A stretch of DNA of 58,711 nt, counting the filler, from Sphacelaria rigidula (Eukaryota): assembly GCA_964200075.2 (NCBI GenBank). It is 6 parts of 6 records of this genome, joined end to end, with 100 filler letters (N's around TTAATTAATTAA, not from the genome) between each part and the next. Parts side by side here need not be neighbours in the genome. Positions count along the whole stretch, not along the records: positions 19,607 to 29,308 come from CAXNAA020007933.1; positions 29,409 to 39,109 come from CAXNAA020007934.1; 4 more parts are not named here. The stretch is one strand, 5' to 3'. This document shows, in pieces, positions 26,444-38,137 of the stretch. Numbering within the stretch: the stretch's first letter is position 1; each line of letters opens with the position of its first letter. The notes below the pieces were generated by a model. The model was not told where the DNA came from. It saw only the letters and a list, made by a program, of their open reading frames with translations, and ran no database searches. The translations under genes were made by a program, and so were the position numbers.

Positions 26444-27116
26444 TGTGATGGTAAATGACTGAGTGCCTGCGTTAAACTAGTTCTTTGGGGATGCAGATGG
26501 TCCCCAGAAACGACCGGCGGGTATGGAACGATTCTAGTCGAATGTGTGTTTGTATAAGGCAGGACTTGGATCCTTATATTTGTTGACGCAGCTACGAAGC
26601 GGGGTACAGCATTGTACCCGATTAGCCGCGTGTACCTGCTACTACAGCTTTGATTAGCTAAAGATACGGCGCGTCACGGTGATTTTGTATTATGACAAGG
26701 TTGTAAGCGGGGCAGGAGGACGTACTGACAGAATAGCTTTCCCCAGCTGTTGTACCTCGCCTACCGAGGTCACTCGAACCATCGACCAGTCTTCAGACGT
26801 CATTGGATATCAAGAAGAGCTTTTACTCGTCATCTACCCATCGATCTCCTGTCTTCAGTGTCGCGAGTCCACAGCCTTGACGTGAGTCTTAGCTGTGCTG
26901 TACGATCACCCTCATCCACGATTGATATTGTATTCTGTCTTCGGGGCTGTGTGGTTTTCCTCTTTGACAGCTGGGCTATTGTATTGAGAGATTGACAGAG
27001 CAGTTTGAGTCTAGCAAGTCGAACCCGGATCGCTTGCTGACATTTCACAAGGGTGTGGCTGACTTGCGTTCGGCGTATAAGGTTTTACTGCTTGCGGTAT
27101 TGCCTATACCGTCACA
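26444..27116 (+). repeat. 3' LTR (673 bp)
   Basis: TGTGATGGTAAATG...TATACCGTCACA followed by TSD GTTC. Confidence 0.95.
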
Positions 27117-27398
27117 GTTCCACCACACCTGTCACATCACCCTCAATCTCGACGGTGCCGGTTGTACCGCAGCGGCCATCGACAAACTTGTTGATGTTCT
27201 GATCCACTATACCGCGCGATCGTCCACCTCACCTCTGGATTTGGGTCGATGCACGATGGCTCCGTTTGAAATCAACGTACTATAAGGAATTCCCCTCATC
27301 GCCACGCGCCCGTCTCGCACAAGCCCCCTGCTGGCTGATCAAGTAGAAGTAGTCATAATTAGCTACCTCGCGGCGAAAACCATTTGCCTACGCTTCCA

Positions 27399-27505
27399 AG
27401 ACTCCAGGTTTGAGCATGAGTGGGCTGAACCCGAGACTCCGGGTTTTGGCATGAGTGGGCTGGCACCGACAAACGTCCGGTTTGCGCATGAGGGCGCTGA
27501 CACCT
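27399..27505. repeat. Short tandem repeat, ~35 bp x 3
   Basis: AGACTCC(A/G)GGTTT..GCATGAGTGGGCTG... units at 27399, 27434 and ~27469. Confidence 0.8.
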
Positions 27506-29107
27506 TCTGTCCCGAAAACGGCGCCCGGTGGCTTGCCCCCCCGATCCTCCCTCTTGGTTTCTGAGAATGCCAACACTAATGCAAGAACCACATTTGGATA
27601 GGACCTTTTCCGTGTGACGGCCCCCGCATAAGTGTTGCCGCCGCTTTGGAGCCCACCGCCCCCATATTTGTTTTCATTGTACAAGTACGCGATCTCATTT
27701 CTTGTAGAACAAGAGTAAACGAAAAGAAAAACTACATTTCTTTTTATCCGCTAAGATAAGGCGCGAGAACAATTAGCCAAGCCTACGTGCCGCGCAGCAA
27801 TTCTTCACAATACTTCACCTGTTTCAAAATTGCCCATTTCCAATCCCTTCTGCAGATATCCTCGAGCCGTCAGATGGCGCCGGGCACCCATACCGGATGA
27901 AGTTGTTGAGCTGGCCGCACAAGCAAATTGCACATAGATGAGGACGCGTTGTACTTTCAATCCGCAAACCCACGCGGACACCTCAGTCAGACCGTCCTAC
28001 CGGTAGATATGTTCGACTACTCGGTCAAGAACCTCATTGCACGTACGTGCCGATGCTGCTACGACTATGGGTCCTGCACGAGTGCAATTTCAACATTTCG
28101 ACCGATATGGTAACAATTCGGACGACCTAGTTCATCGAGCGATTTTACTGGTGGGTAGTTGTCGACCACAGTGTCTGTTGGTGGGTATGTCGTTTGTTTT
28201 GTGAGGCGCGCAAAACGTCTCCCCAGACTGTGATGACCAATCATGTCCATGCGGCTCCCCAATGGGCCCGATGAAGCTATGTCTTGGGGACTAATTCGGA
28301 CATTTGCCGCTCATAGAGAGTAGCAACAAGTACATTTTGTTGATTACTGATCGATTCAGCTGTCACTCCGTCATGCACGCCGGACCCCCGGAAGTTGTTG
28401 TCCGTCGATGGCAAACATGTTTCGGCAAACTTTCTGCTGCGGTCAGTACACCACTGGGTTTCCATTGCATCTTTGTAAGTCTGTGCCACCCCCAAACGAA
28501 CGGTGGGACGGAACGTGTCAACCATACGATGGCGCAAATGCTATCAGCCTTCACAAACGAACGGCAAACAGATTAGGATCTGCATGTGCCCTTATTCCCA
28601 CTGAACTATAACAACTCGGTCCACACCGCCACCGGCCTTGCACCAAATGAAATTCACTTTGGTCGCATGTCGCGGCTGCCGTTGACCATTTTCGAGCGCC
28701 ACAACGTGGGCGATCATCAGAGGTTGGACCGGGATATCAGGTTGGCATAGGTTGGTGAGTGAGCAAAAGCAAATCAATTTGGCAAAGGCGGTCAATGCCT
28801 ATGCCACGTTGGATGCGGTGATGCATAAGCGTCCAGTGTGGAAGGTAGATGCATGAGCATGGGTGTACAACGATGTACAGACGATCCGCCAAGGAGCCAG
28901 CGCGAGCAAGGATTCGCCGGATAAGGTATTGAAGGCCAAGCTGTTCCTTAATTGGACCGGGCCGTGGAAATGTTCTGGGCGTTGGGCCAAGTGCTACAAC
29001 AAACAACAAATTGTGCGAATTGGGGTTTAACTTCGAGATGAGGTTCAAGCCAAAACAGTGCTGTCCCCACACTCTCAGCGATGGTGCCCAATGACGTCTT
29101 TGTCGAC

Positions 29108-29308
29108 CTAATGCCCTTCGATCGTGTAGATGCTTCTTCAGCGCAATTCGCCGACTCTGTGAGCCTACAGCTCTGAGCGAAACCGTCATTTCCCCTGATA
29201 TTGCCCCCCTCAAAAAAGTGGGGGAAATGACGGTTTCCGTCGGCGCTGTAAGCTCACAGAATCGGTGAATTGCGCTGAAGAAGTATCTACGTGATCGAGG
29301 GGCATTAG
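29108..29308. repeat. Long imperfect inverted repeat (~88-bp arms): MITE or miRNA-like foldback
   Basis: CTAATGCCC...GTCATTTCCCC (29108-~29196) pairs with GGGGAAATGAC...GGGCATTAG (29221-29308), with 11 differences. Confidence 0.9.
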
Positions 29309-29408
29309 NNNNNNNNNNNNNNNNNNNNNNNNNNNNNNNNNNNNNNNNNNNNTTAATTAATTAANNNNNNNNNNNNNNNNNNNNNNNNNNNNNNNNNNNN
29401 NNNNNNNN
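29309..29408. other. Artificial scaffold linker
   Basis: N44-TTAATTAATTAA-N44. Confidence 0.99.
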
Positions 29409-31339
29409 GTCCCGAAACACCAAGCTGCGGAGAGATTCCGTCGTCTCTTCTTGCCTGTCGCCAACACGAAGATCGATTTCTCTCTGCCTCTCCTTTTGGA
29501 CAGGACGCTCCTCTGTGCGCTGAAAAATATGTCGTTAAAAAAATAGGGCATTGTTCCCGTCACTGCTACTACTGTTCTCTGTCAGACACATGCCAGGAAG
29601 GGCGGTGCTGCGGCAATAACAGATAGATCGAATTTGAACTAACGGGGTGTTTTTCATCGTTGATTTTCGCCGACCTCTCCCAACGGGGTGCCCGAGCAGA
29701 AGAGCAGAAGGGTCTGCCACACGCCAGTTGAGGGGGGTGTATGAGAGATCAAACACTTGTTGGGACCTTTTTGACATGCGAAGTGAAAAAAGATACCTAT
29801 GGTGGGGACCTAACTGTTGCAAGCGTGGCGCAAAGGCAATGTTCAGCACGCTGGTCACGTGAACAGCTCGGTACAGTATGAGTAGCTTCCCATACGTAAT
29901 AATTAATCCGATGTCAGGAGATTATGGGTCACGGCATTCAACTGCATCGAAGTCGCAAAACCTATGAAAGCTAGAGAGTGTGATCTTTATGACCTGCATG
30001 CACAAAATTGAAACGGTTCTGAAAACCGGAGGGAGGACGATCTCCCTATCCCCCAGCCAGGCATCGATGAACGAGGAAAGACTTTTACTGGTAGGTACAA
30101 CAAACAACGAGGCCCGGAGAAGTTTCTTTCCATCAAAATCTGTGTATTCCAAGCTGCAAAGGCGTTCCATGCGCATTGTTTTCTAATACAAACGGTAACT
30201 TGTCGATTTCTGTTCCGTTGTTCGAGCACTGTCCGATGCCGTTTCCGGAAAAGTTTCGTATTGCTGTTGGACAGTTTCTTCGGATGTTTGACTGGACCCG
30301 AAGCGGCTGTGTACTATATAGTGGATTCACGTTTGAAATCGGACAACACACCTTATCGCTTGTGACCTTGTGCGAAGGTCAGCGTTTCTGCGATCCCTGG
30401 CGGCTTGTTGGCGCTGTTGCTGCCGTTGACCAGTACTGGGTGAAGAATCTTGCTGCCGACCCATGAGAGGTATACGCTCCGCACGTAAACTCTCTCGGGG
30501 AAGAGGTGTAGACGTAGATGACCGACCGCCCACGGAGTGCCGGGAGTCACGACCACGAGGACCCCGAGGGCGATGAGTTCTGGTCCACCAGTGCAAGCAA
30601 CCGGAGTGGTGGCGAAGAACGATCTCTGCCCCCGGCGAGCACGGTCAGATGGAGTGCCACGTGATCGGGGTATGTCGCCGTTATTTCCATTGGAATTTCG
30701 CGCCACTGTTGATACAGCATTTAGAAGGAGCAGTACTAGTGCGATATGTGGCATACTCAGTACGACTGCGGGTGTGCGTTGAGCCCAGTGCAAGGGGTAC
30801 ACCGATGTGTATCAAAACACGTTTACTTTGTCGTGTAGGTACAGATTCGGGAGTTTCCTGGAATTTTGAAAAAGAGGTTCGAGGGAGTATACTAGATGCA
30901 TGTAGCCCCTGGGACGATAGGCCACAATTTCTGAACGCACAGGAAACGGTGACAAGAACACACGTGTGGATGTACTTGATGAAGGAGATCTCTAATTTTG
31001 TATGCCGTACGTTTATTTTGCTTCCGTGTTGACAGAGATCTACCATTCCGACGTAGTTTTGGTGCGCGTGTAACATCTCTCCGACCCACCGTCCATGCAG
31101 CGCCGGGCACAGCCGAAATAGCAGCCATGGGTCAAACTCAATTTAGGGAGGACGAAATTACCTGAAACTTCGTGCGGATCCTGATACTACCTACAGATGC
31201 GCAATGAAGTGGTTTCTAGCGTGAAGGACACTTGATATGAAAAAGTACAAGGGTTTCTCCCGTGGAATGACAAGGGATCACCACCACCAACACCACCATT
31301 TTTTTATTTTCCACACGGATACCTCTCTCATGTCCCTGA

Positions 31340-31470
31340 GAGAAAAACAAACAAAAAAGGAAGAACCTCCTGTGTTGACCTTCCTCCTGTATGACACCGG
31401 CTGATGCGCCCACATATACCGAAAGGTGTAGACTGGCACCCAGAATACATGGGACAACACACAATACACA
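31340..31470 (+). mobile_element. 5'-truncated copy of the SINE at 3240-3586
   Basis: CTCCTGTGTTGACCTTCCTCCTGT.TGAC.CCGGCTG.TGCGCCCACAT.TACCGAAAGGTGTAGACTGGC is the reverse complement of 3270-3345. Confidence 0.85.
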
Positions 31471-34400
31471 CTGTTGCCGAAAAACAAAAATGAGCTTCGG
31501 GGTTGGTCCGCACTCCGCGCAGACGAAACGTCGGCGCGAAGTGATGTGAACATTTTAGTGTTTATATGGTAGCCTCGAGGGTTCCGCCCTGCAGCATATC
31601 GCTTCGTGCTACAGACAATATACTGTCGACACCACCCCTCGGCCCCTAGCCGTTTACCGCCATTTTGGGAGTCCAACCCACGAACTACCTGACGAGATGA
31701 CCACACCGAATCCCCCCGTTTCAAACCTCCCTCGTATTGATGGCTGATACATATCCGCGACAACTGGCTGACAGATTCTAACGCAAACTATCATGTTTAC
31801 CGAAAAGGAAGGAGTTCGCGACGAAGATGGCGGCTGACAAAAACTTGCTCCTATTTGCAAAACTTCAACATGCGCCGACGATCCGATGGAAGATAATATC
31901 CACGAATATCTTGCGGTCGGAGACTCCAACGTACGACATACCCTGACCCCACAGATAAGAACTCCTTCACTCCAAGGGCGAAAAACGAAAAACGAAACAA
32001 CACATCCTCGAAGCCATGTCAAGTCAAGCGTGCCTCAAGTTGCATTCACCGGTACATGCATCCACCACCCAAAACAGCACTTCACATAAGAACACAGCTA
32101 CGAGAAGCGTAAAACAGCCTCAACAGGGGTCGAGAGATCAAACGCTTGTCACACTACAAGGGCGTGCGCAGTGCACGAGACAACCTCGAATAAGAAAGCA
32201 GTACAACACAGAAGACTCGCCGGTGGAGAACATAATGATACACATACCACTGCGCACCCGACCAACTCCTGTGTCAATGTTCAATGTTTTCACTCGCTCT
32301 TCTACCAAGACACCCTTCAAACCAGGGCAACATCCCTCATTTCAGCACTCAATTGCCTCGCGTGTAGCCTTGAGGCATGAGCGGCATCTGAGATAGGCTC
32401 GACAGGGCCCCGTACCCCGAGTCGTTGCCACCCAAAAGCTCCGCGCCTTCTTCTTCTCCGTAAGGTTCGTCCTGAACCAAAACGAACATAATCCGCGAAG
32501 AGAAAAAATAAAACAAAACACAAAAAACACGACCATCCGTTTTTGTACACAAGGTAAAAGAACATGGTGAAACACACAGAAATTAACACTACAGGAGACA
32601 GTAGCTCCTGGCCCATATCCAAGACTTGTTCTGTGAGATCAAGACATACACGTAATATCTCGTAAAATCTTGAATATTATCAGGGGGACAGAGGGGGGGG
32701 GGGGGTATTCATTTTTGTACAAACCTACAAAAACAGTGCCTTCGGAACAGCACACGCCAGAGTAAAAGACATGCCCAATCAGATCCAACCCGATCAGATC
32801 TGCTTTTGGCTTTCACACACCATACCAAGGAGATTACAGCGCTGGAATTCTGGTCGCGAAAAAAGCTTGAAAGAGGGCTGATTTTTTGCGCCTTGTATAA
32901 ATTCTTTTCATCAGAACAACGCAACGGACGGACTCGTAGGTGGGGATGCGTCGAGAGACCACGGGTGGAGGGGTCGCGAGTCGGCGTTGAGTGACGCTCT
33001 GCCTCCGATACCGTGCCGGTTGTCATCCTGGCCGAAACGGGCAACAGGATGGCCGAGCACCACGAAACGCAAAAACACAAGAAAAAAAAACAGAAAAATA
33101 TGTAGTCGGAGTGCGTAAGCAGAATCAACGGAAAACATTAAGATGGAAATGGAGCCTGTTCCGGCGTAAAAAATGTAATTTCAGTATCTCAATCAACTCT
33201 TCGGTGGAAAGTTCACCCCGGCAGTCGAGATCGAAATTGTGTGAAGAAAACTAACGGTGTGATGATAGATAAGTGTGACGCGTACGGAGGGTATTTCCCA
33301 CGTTCGAGTATTTTCAAACATAGTACTCAGTCATACTTACGTTGTATGGAGTGTTGCGGTTTGAGTATCGCAACACAAAATCTGGGAGAGGGATGACAAA
33401 CCCTGGAAAATAGATGACACTATCAAAAAGTGCGCGTACAGTATCGACTTCTGCGTCCCTTGCAATAGATTATATTTTCTATATTGTACGCAGTAAACTT
33501 TTTGACGGTTATCTCGTGTCCAGGGTGTGGAGAGTAAATACCCCGTTATTTACTCTATCCGACATCCCCTTGGTAACTTTTACCTCCTTCCCGGACAAAA
33601 TCTTTGCAATTCCGAAGATTAGGCAGAAGGGGAGACTCCAACATCACACAAAATGAGGCCACTGGGCGCACTCAAATATCCAAAGATGAAGTTGGTCCAC
33701 GTATTGAAAGTACGGTTCACGATGCCGAGCAGGCATATGTGTACACTATTTTCCAAATATTGGGGGTTGACCGCGAGTGAGAAAAATCCGATGGATTGGT
33801 GAACAAAAACAGGTGTAGCAGCTGAGTATTATAGTTGCGTGAAAACTACGCAACTCTCCAGAAATAGAGCGGAAGAAAAACATCAGTTCGCCTGACCAGT
33901 CGTCTACGGACGGTGAATCACTCCTGGAGAAAATGCAGCGTCTTTATAGGGTGGTTTCCGGCCGATGATAAATTTCTTTCTTCAAGGCAAGAAAGGCTAG
34001 GCTGTGTGTGTATGCGTGGACTGGAATGGACTGGGATATTCCACCCACTGTATACGTGAGTGCCACCAATTGGTCACGTCAACGGGAGCCAAGTCCCCAC
34101 TTCGAAGTCAGTTCGCATGTCATGAAAATATACGAAAGAAAAACACACCAGGGTGATTGAGGACACTTAGATTTACTGAGATCCCCCCCAGATCCGGGCA
34201 AATCTGTCTGTGCATGTGCATATACGCTTTCCAGGACATTTCCACATGCCGATCAAATGCATTCGTTGGACCGATGGACTGTTTTTTCCTCAAAGTATTG
34301 ATGCCACTATTTGAGGACTGCAGAAAGCTGGGGTTCCCACTTCAATGCAAGTTCTTGTAAGCAAAAGTTGACCGCCTTCAGCGCTCATCTTAACGAACTC

Positions 34401-34737
34401 GAAGAAATGTAGGATGTTGATTCGCCGCGACACCACACCTGGGGATGACCGATCAACATGCTGTTCTTCGACGCATGATTTGTTACATAGCTCCTTCACG
34501 GATGATCAAGATTGAGCAGTACTCGGAGAAGACCGCACGCAGTCAAATTTCTGGGATCTCATGCCACTTGCATCTTTTAGCACGACACACCCACCATACG
34601 TCACTCCAGCAATATCGTCCCACGAGTTCCCATCCGTCTTCACACCGTGACAACAACAACTTGTGTGAGTGCAGCTCAATAAAAAGATATATTACTAGCA
34701 TATTTTCACCATGCGGAAAAACGAATCAACACATGAC

Positions 34738-34978
34738 GTTTTCGTGAAATTGAGAGTAGCTTTGGCCATTCGCTCCAACTTTGCCATTTTTTCATTTCGT
34801 GTGTGGTTACAGCTACAGGTCGATATCCTACTCGGGGATATCAAGGGCGTCAGGGGCAAGATACTACAGAAGGAAAATCGGGCCTCGCGGAGAGGTATTT
34901 CGGAACTGAAACGATTCATTCACTAATTGACCGCTTTTCACTCTTAATCGTATCCTCTGCTCTCAATCTCACGAGAAC
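34738..34978. mobile_element. MITE with ~22-bp TIRs
   Basis: GTTTTCGTGAAATTGAGAGTAG ... CTGCTCTCAATCTCACGAGAAC; second copy at 39821-40118. Confidence 0.8.
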
Positions 34979-36051
34979 AGTTACATTTGGATGATAATTT
35001 TATTTGGTGTGATACGTTCCGGTCCGACACTTCCCATCCTTTGACTCATAACACGCACCCGCAGAACGATGCCTCTCGCCCTCTGCCTCTTCTCGTAGTA
35101 CAACCCGCCGCACGAAAGCAAGATCGCGATGGCGTACAGCAATGCTGACAAAACGGCAAGCGGTCAGACAGCACCACACGAAGGGAGCAGAACACCGCGG
35201 ACACGATGCGGGTAAAACGGTGCGGAGCATTACACCGCGATGGGGCAATTTTGATGCTGTACTGTAGCTGGTGAGCACGAGACGATGTCAGTATTCTTCA
35301 CGTAGACAACAAATACGAAGACAAAACGATGACACTTTTTTCACGGCTTCATTAGATTGCTGAAATATCCATGTGCAGGAAGGAAGGGAGGGAGGGAGCA
35401 CGCACCGAACAAAATTTCACGGTTAGGACGAATAACGTCGTGATTCGACTCATATTCATTATTCCACTGAATAAATCATACGATTCGTACACCATCTGTA
35501 ATTATGCAGGTTTTGAGCTCGTGACTCGTGCAGTACATGTCAAAGCTGTCTGTTTCCTATCTCTGTTCATAGGGGGTACGTCATGGGCACATATTCATCC
35601 CCTGTACTGCATATGGAATGATTCGATTATACATGCCACCCACTCTTAATTTCATGAGGCGTGAATGGCATATACAACTTGCCATGTGTGACTCGTTCGA
35701 GGTGAGGGCCCGTATATGTTTCCCACCTTCGGATTAATGCGGGGCGAAGAGTCGGCACTTCCCTCCCATCTGTAATGCGCGCAAGATGCCTGCACTTCGG
35801 ATGTTATCCGCCCTCGGGTTTATGCGGTACCAACAGTCGGCATATGGTTGAATCCTCTCATTTCATGGGGAGTCAACTCGTATGAACTCTGATTCGTCCG
35901 AACCGTGCAAAATTCTCGACAGGAAAAAAAACAGGAATACAGGATACACCTATCCTGTTGGGGGTCATCAACACATACGCAACACTCAGAAGTGGCACAC
36001 GTTCACGAGTCGGCCATGACATGTTCTTTTTGCCATGAAAATGTTTCTGGG

Positions 36052-36605
36052 GACCCGTCCCCGAAGCGCTTGCAGTTCTGAGAGCTAACGACGCCGTGCC
36101 TCGACAGCAAGCTTTCAGGTAACATTCCCCTAGTCGTGCGCTCAGGTAATGTCTCCAGGCGGCTTCTAGAGCTTGTATACGTCGTCACCGGGGAAAACCA
36201 CGTGAGCGCGCGATTAGGGGAAAGTTACCTGAAAGCCTGTTCTTGTTCAGGCACACCGTTCGCAAAAGCTTGCAGCGCCTCAAGAATCGGTCTGCACAAT
36301 CATCACGGCGGCACATAAATAAAAATGACAACGTTTCTATAACCCGAGCCTTCTGAAACGCATCTGCAGACTCGTTCCCGGAACGTTGGTAGCTCTCAGT
36401 GGAAGGTGTGCCTCGACGACGACAAGCTTTCTGGTAACTTTCCCCTGGTCGCGCACTCAGGTGATGTACGCCACGTATATAAGCGCTAGAAGTCGTCGAG
36501 AGACGTAACATGAGCGCGCGACTTCTATAGGGGAAAGATACTTAACAGCGTGTGGCTGTTCAGGCACACCATTAGGTAAGAGCTTGCAGCGCCTCAGAAA
36601 TCAAT
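36052..36605. pseudogene. Four degenerate LRR exon cassettes, family A (+36052-36118, -36229-36291, +36370-36433, -36542-36605)
   Basis: Translations resemble GPxPEALxxLxELxxxCLDxNKLSG. Each +/- pair converges on an intron with inverted donor arms GTAAC(A/T)TTCCCCT..TCG.GC.CTCA ... TGAGCGCGCGA..AGGGGAAAGTTAC. Frameshifted. Confidence 0.7.
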
Positions 36606-36768
36606 CTGTACAAGCATCACAGCGGAAAATGAATCAAAACGAACGACGCTTTTAAAAGCAAGCCTCCCACGACATGTGATGGCACACTCGCCAACGCGTG
36701 AGCAACCACGTGTGCAGAAATGGGAAGCATCATGCAGTTTAGTCCAAGCCCATTTCACGACCATGCAG

Positions 36769-36840
36769 GCGCAATTCCCGACTCCCTAGGACAGCTGGGG
36801 AACCTGCAAGAACTTTACCTTCACAACAACGACCCACGCG
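36769..36840 (+). CDS. Intact 72-nt phase 1-1 LRR exon (GAIPDSLGQLGNLQELYLHNNDPRG), ROCO/LRR-receptor type
   Basis: CCATGCAG acceptor, 24-aa plant-type LRR consensus, donor G|GCGAGG (GC donor). Confidence 0.8.
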
Positions 36841-37033
36841 GCGAGGCTCGTGAGAAAATCAGTATGCACGGGAGCAGGGGCAAGATTCGACCTCGACGGA
36901 TTAACGTAGACTGGGGTGCCGTTAATGTCCTTCAGTGACTCAAGAATATCAACGGCACCCCAGTCTATGTTAATCCGTGGAGGTCGAATCTTGCCCCTGC
37001 TCCCGTGCACATTGATTTCCCCACGAGACTCGC
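36841..37033. repeat. Palindromic intron segment between convergent LRR exons
   Basis: ~96-bp arms, centre ~36937; both ends start with a GCGAG(G/T) donor. Confidence 0.95.
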
Positions 37034-37105
37034 CGCGTGGGTCGTTGTTGTGGAGGTGAACCCCTCCCAGGTTGCCAAGCTACGCTAGAGACTCTGGGAA
37101 CTCGC
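37034..37105 (-). pseudogene. Antisense 72-nt LRR exon (GEFPESLA*LGNLGGVHLHNNDPRG)
   Basis: Exactly 72 nt, donor G|GCGAGT, acceptor mutated to CAC, internal TAG. Confidence 0.85.
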
Positions 37106-37251
37106 GTGCATGGTGGTGGAGATGGGCGCGAATATTCGACAATGTTCCCATCACTTCCAGATCATGTGTCCCGCCCACGCGTGCGGGAGAAGCACGCCGT
37201 AAGATCTACAGAGATCGACACGTTCCTTCCCAATTCCCCAAAACCGTGCGG

Positions 37252-37666
37252 GCAAAATCCCAGCGTCGCTAGTATAGCTCAGCAAAAGCTGCAAACAACT
37301 TCATCTCCACAGCAGTGAACTACTCGGCGAGTCTCATGGAAAAACTTCGGAAGACTCGCCGCGTAGGCCGTTGTTGTGGAGGTGAAGCCCTTCCAGGTAT
37401 TGCCCAGCCCACATGGACACGCCGGAATTTCGACCTGCATGGGATTGAAAATGGGCGTGGACATATTCGATGATGTTTCCCACCGTTTCCATGTGTCCCG
37501 GTCACGCGTGGGTGAAGAGCATGACCTAAAAGCGTTTCCGATACAAGATGTACCATTGTCGATACTGAGCGGTTTGAGACCCGCCGCGTGGGTCTTTGTT
37601 TCCGGGGTGAAGCACTTGCAGGTTCCTGCAGGTTGTCCAACCACCCTGGCCACGCCGGGATTTCCC
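37252..37666. pseudogene. Three damaged LRR exon cassettes (+37252-37326, -37360-37434, -37585-~37666)
   Basis: GKIPASLV*LSK.., EIPACPCGLGN..LHLHNNGLRG and GEIPAWPGWLDNLQ..LHPGNKDPRG. The palindromic intron of the first pair is collapsed to 33 bp (37327-37359). Confidence 0.8.
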
Positions 37667-37868
37667 CACATGGTTTTGAAAATGGGCGTGGACATGTTCG
37701 ATTTTTCCCCTATTGTTTTTATACACGTGTCCGTCTATGCGCGGGAGATAAGCATGTTTCAGAAGCTTTTGCAAAGCAACACCTACGGAGCTTGATACCC
37801 TGGAAGAGAGAAAAAAAAAAAAACGTTCAACGGTGCCATCCACTTTCTCATTCCCCAAAACCATGCAG

Positions 37869-37943
37869 GCAAAATTGTGGCGTCGCTAGGAGGACAGCTG
37901 GGCAACCTGAAAGAGCTCCACCTCCGCAACAACGGCCTGCGCG
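37869..37943 (+). CDS. Open 75-nt phase 1-1 LRR exon (GKIVASLGGQLGNLKELHLRNNGLRG)
   Basis: CCATGCAG acceptor, G|GCGAGT donor, one extra in-frame codon. Confidence 0.75.
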
Positions 37944-38137
37944 GCGAGTCTCGTGATAAAATCAGTGTGTACGGTAGCAGGGACAAGACTCGCCCTCTCG
38001 TACCGAATGATGTTATTGGATTCCTTTCATGTCTTTCAGTAACCGAGAGACATCAACAACATCACACTCGACATTACCCGGTAGAGGTCTCATCTTGCCC
38101 CTGCTTCCACACACGCCGACTTCTGCATGGGACTTGC

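Larger units (their letters stand above)
20505..27116 (+). mobile_element. Full-length non-autonomous Ty3/Gypsy-type LTR retrotransposon (6612 bp)
   Basis: Two 673-bp TG...CA LTRs, 4-bp TSD GTTC (20501-20504 and 27117-27120), purine-rich tract AGGGTGGG before the 3' LTR. The internal region retains only a broken integrase. Confidence 0.95.
19990..28990 (+). mobile_element. Old, heavily degraded Ty3/Gypsy pol, interrupted by the 20505-27116 insertion
   Basis: Left part: ...FHVLLGRK...PQILLDCF*PQQRARFLRLKDDV. Right part continues PPHL...LDLGRCTMAPFEINV...RPSRTSP. Integrase core at 28250-28990 (YILLITDRFS, TNGGTERVNHTMAQML, NWTGPW). The peptide DDVPPHL is restored across the junction when the insert and one GTTC are removed. 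Confidence 0.85.

Noticed and set aside
29409-32330. Coding gene or endogenous viral fragment
   Set aside because: Only short ORFs with no recognisable motif. 31550-32330 faintly resembles a Gypsy integrase C-terminus on the minus strand but is too degraded to call.
35060-35272. N-terminal cap exon of the ROCO/LRR gene
   Set aside because: Splice-like ends exist, but no frame gives a convincing DRxAL..W..W.GV..RV..L motif.
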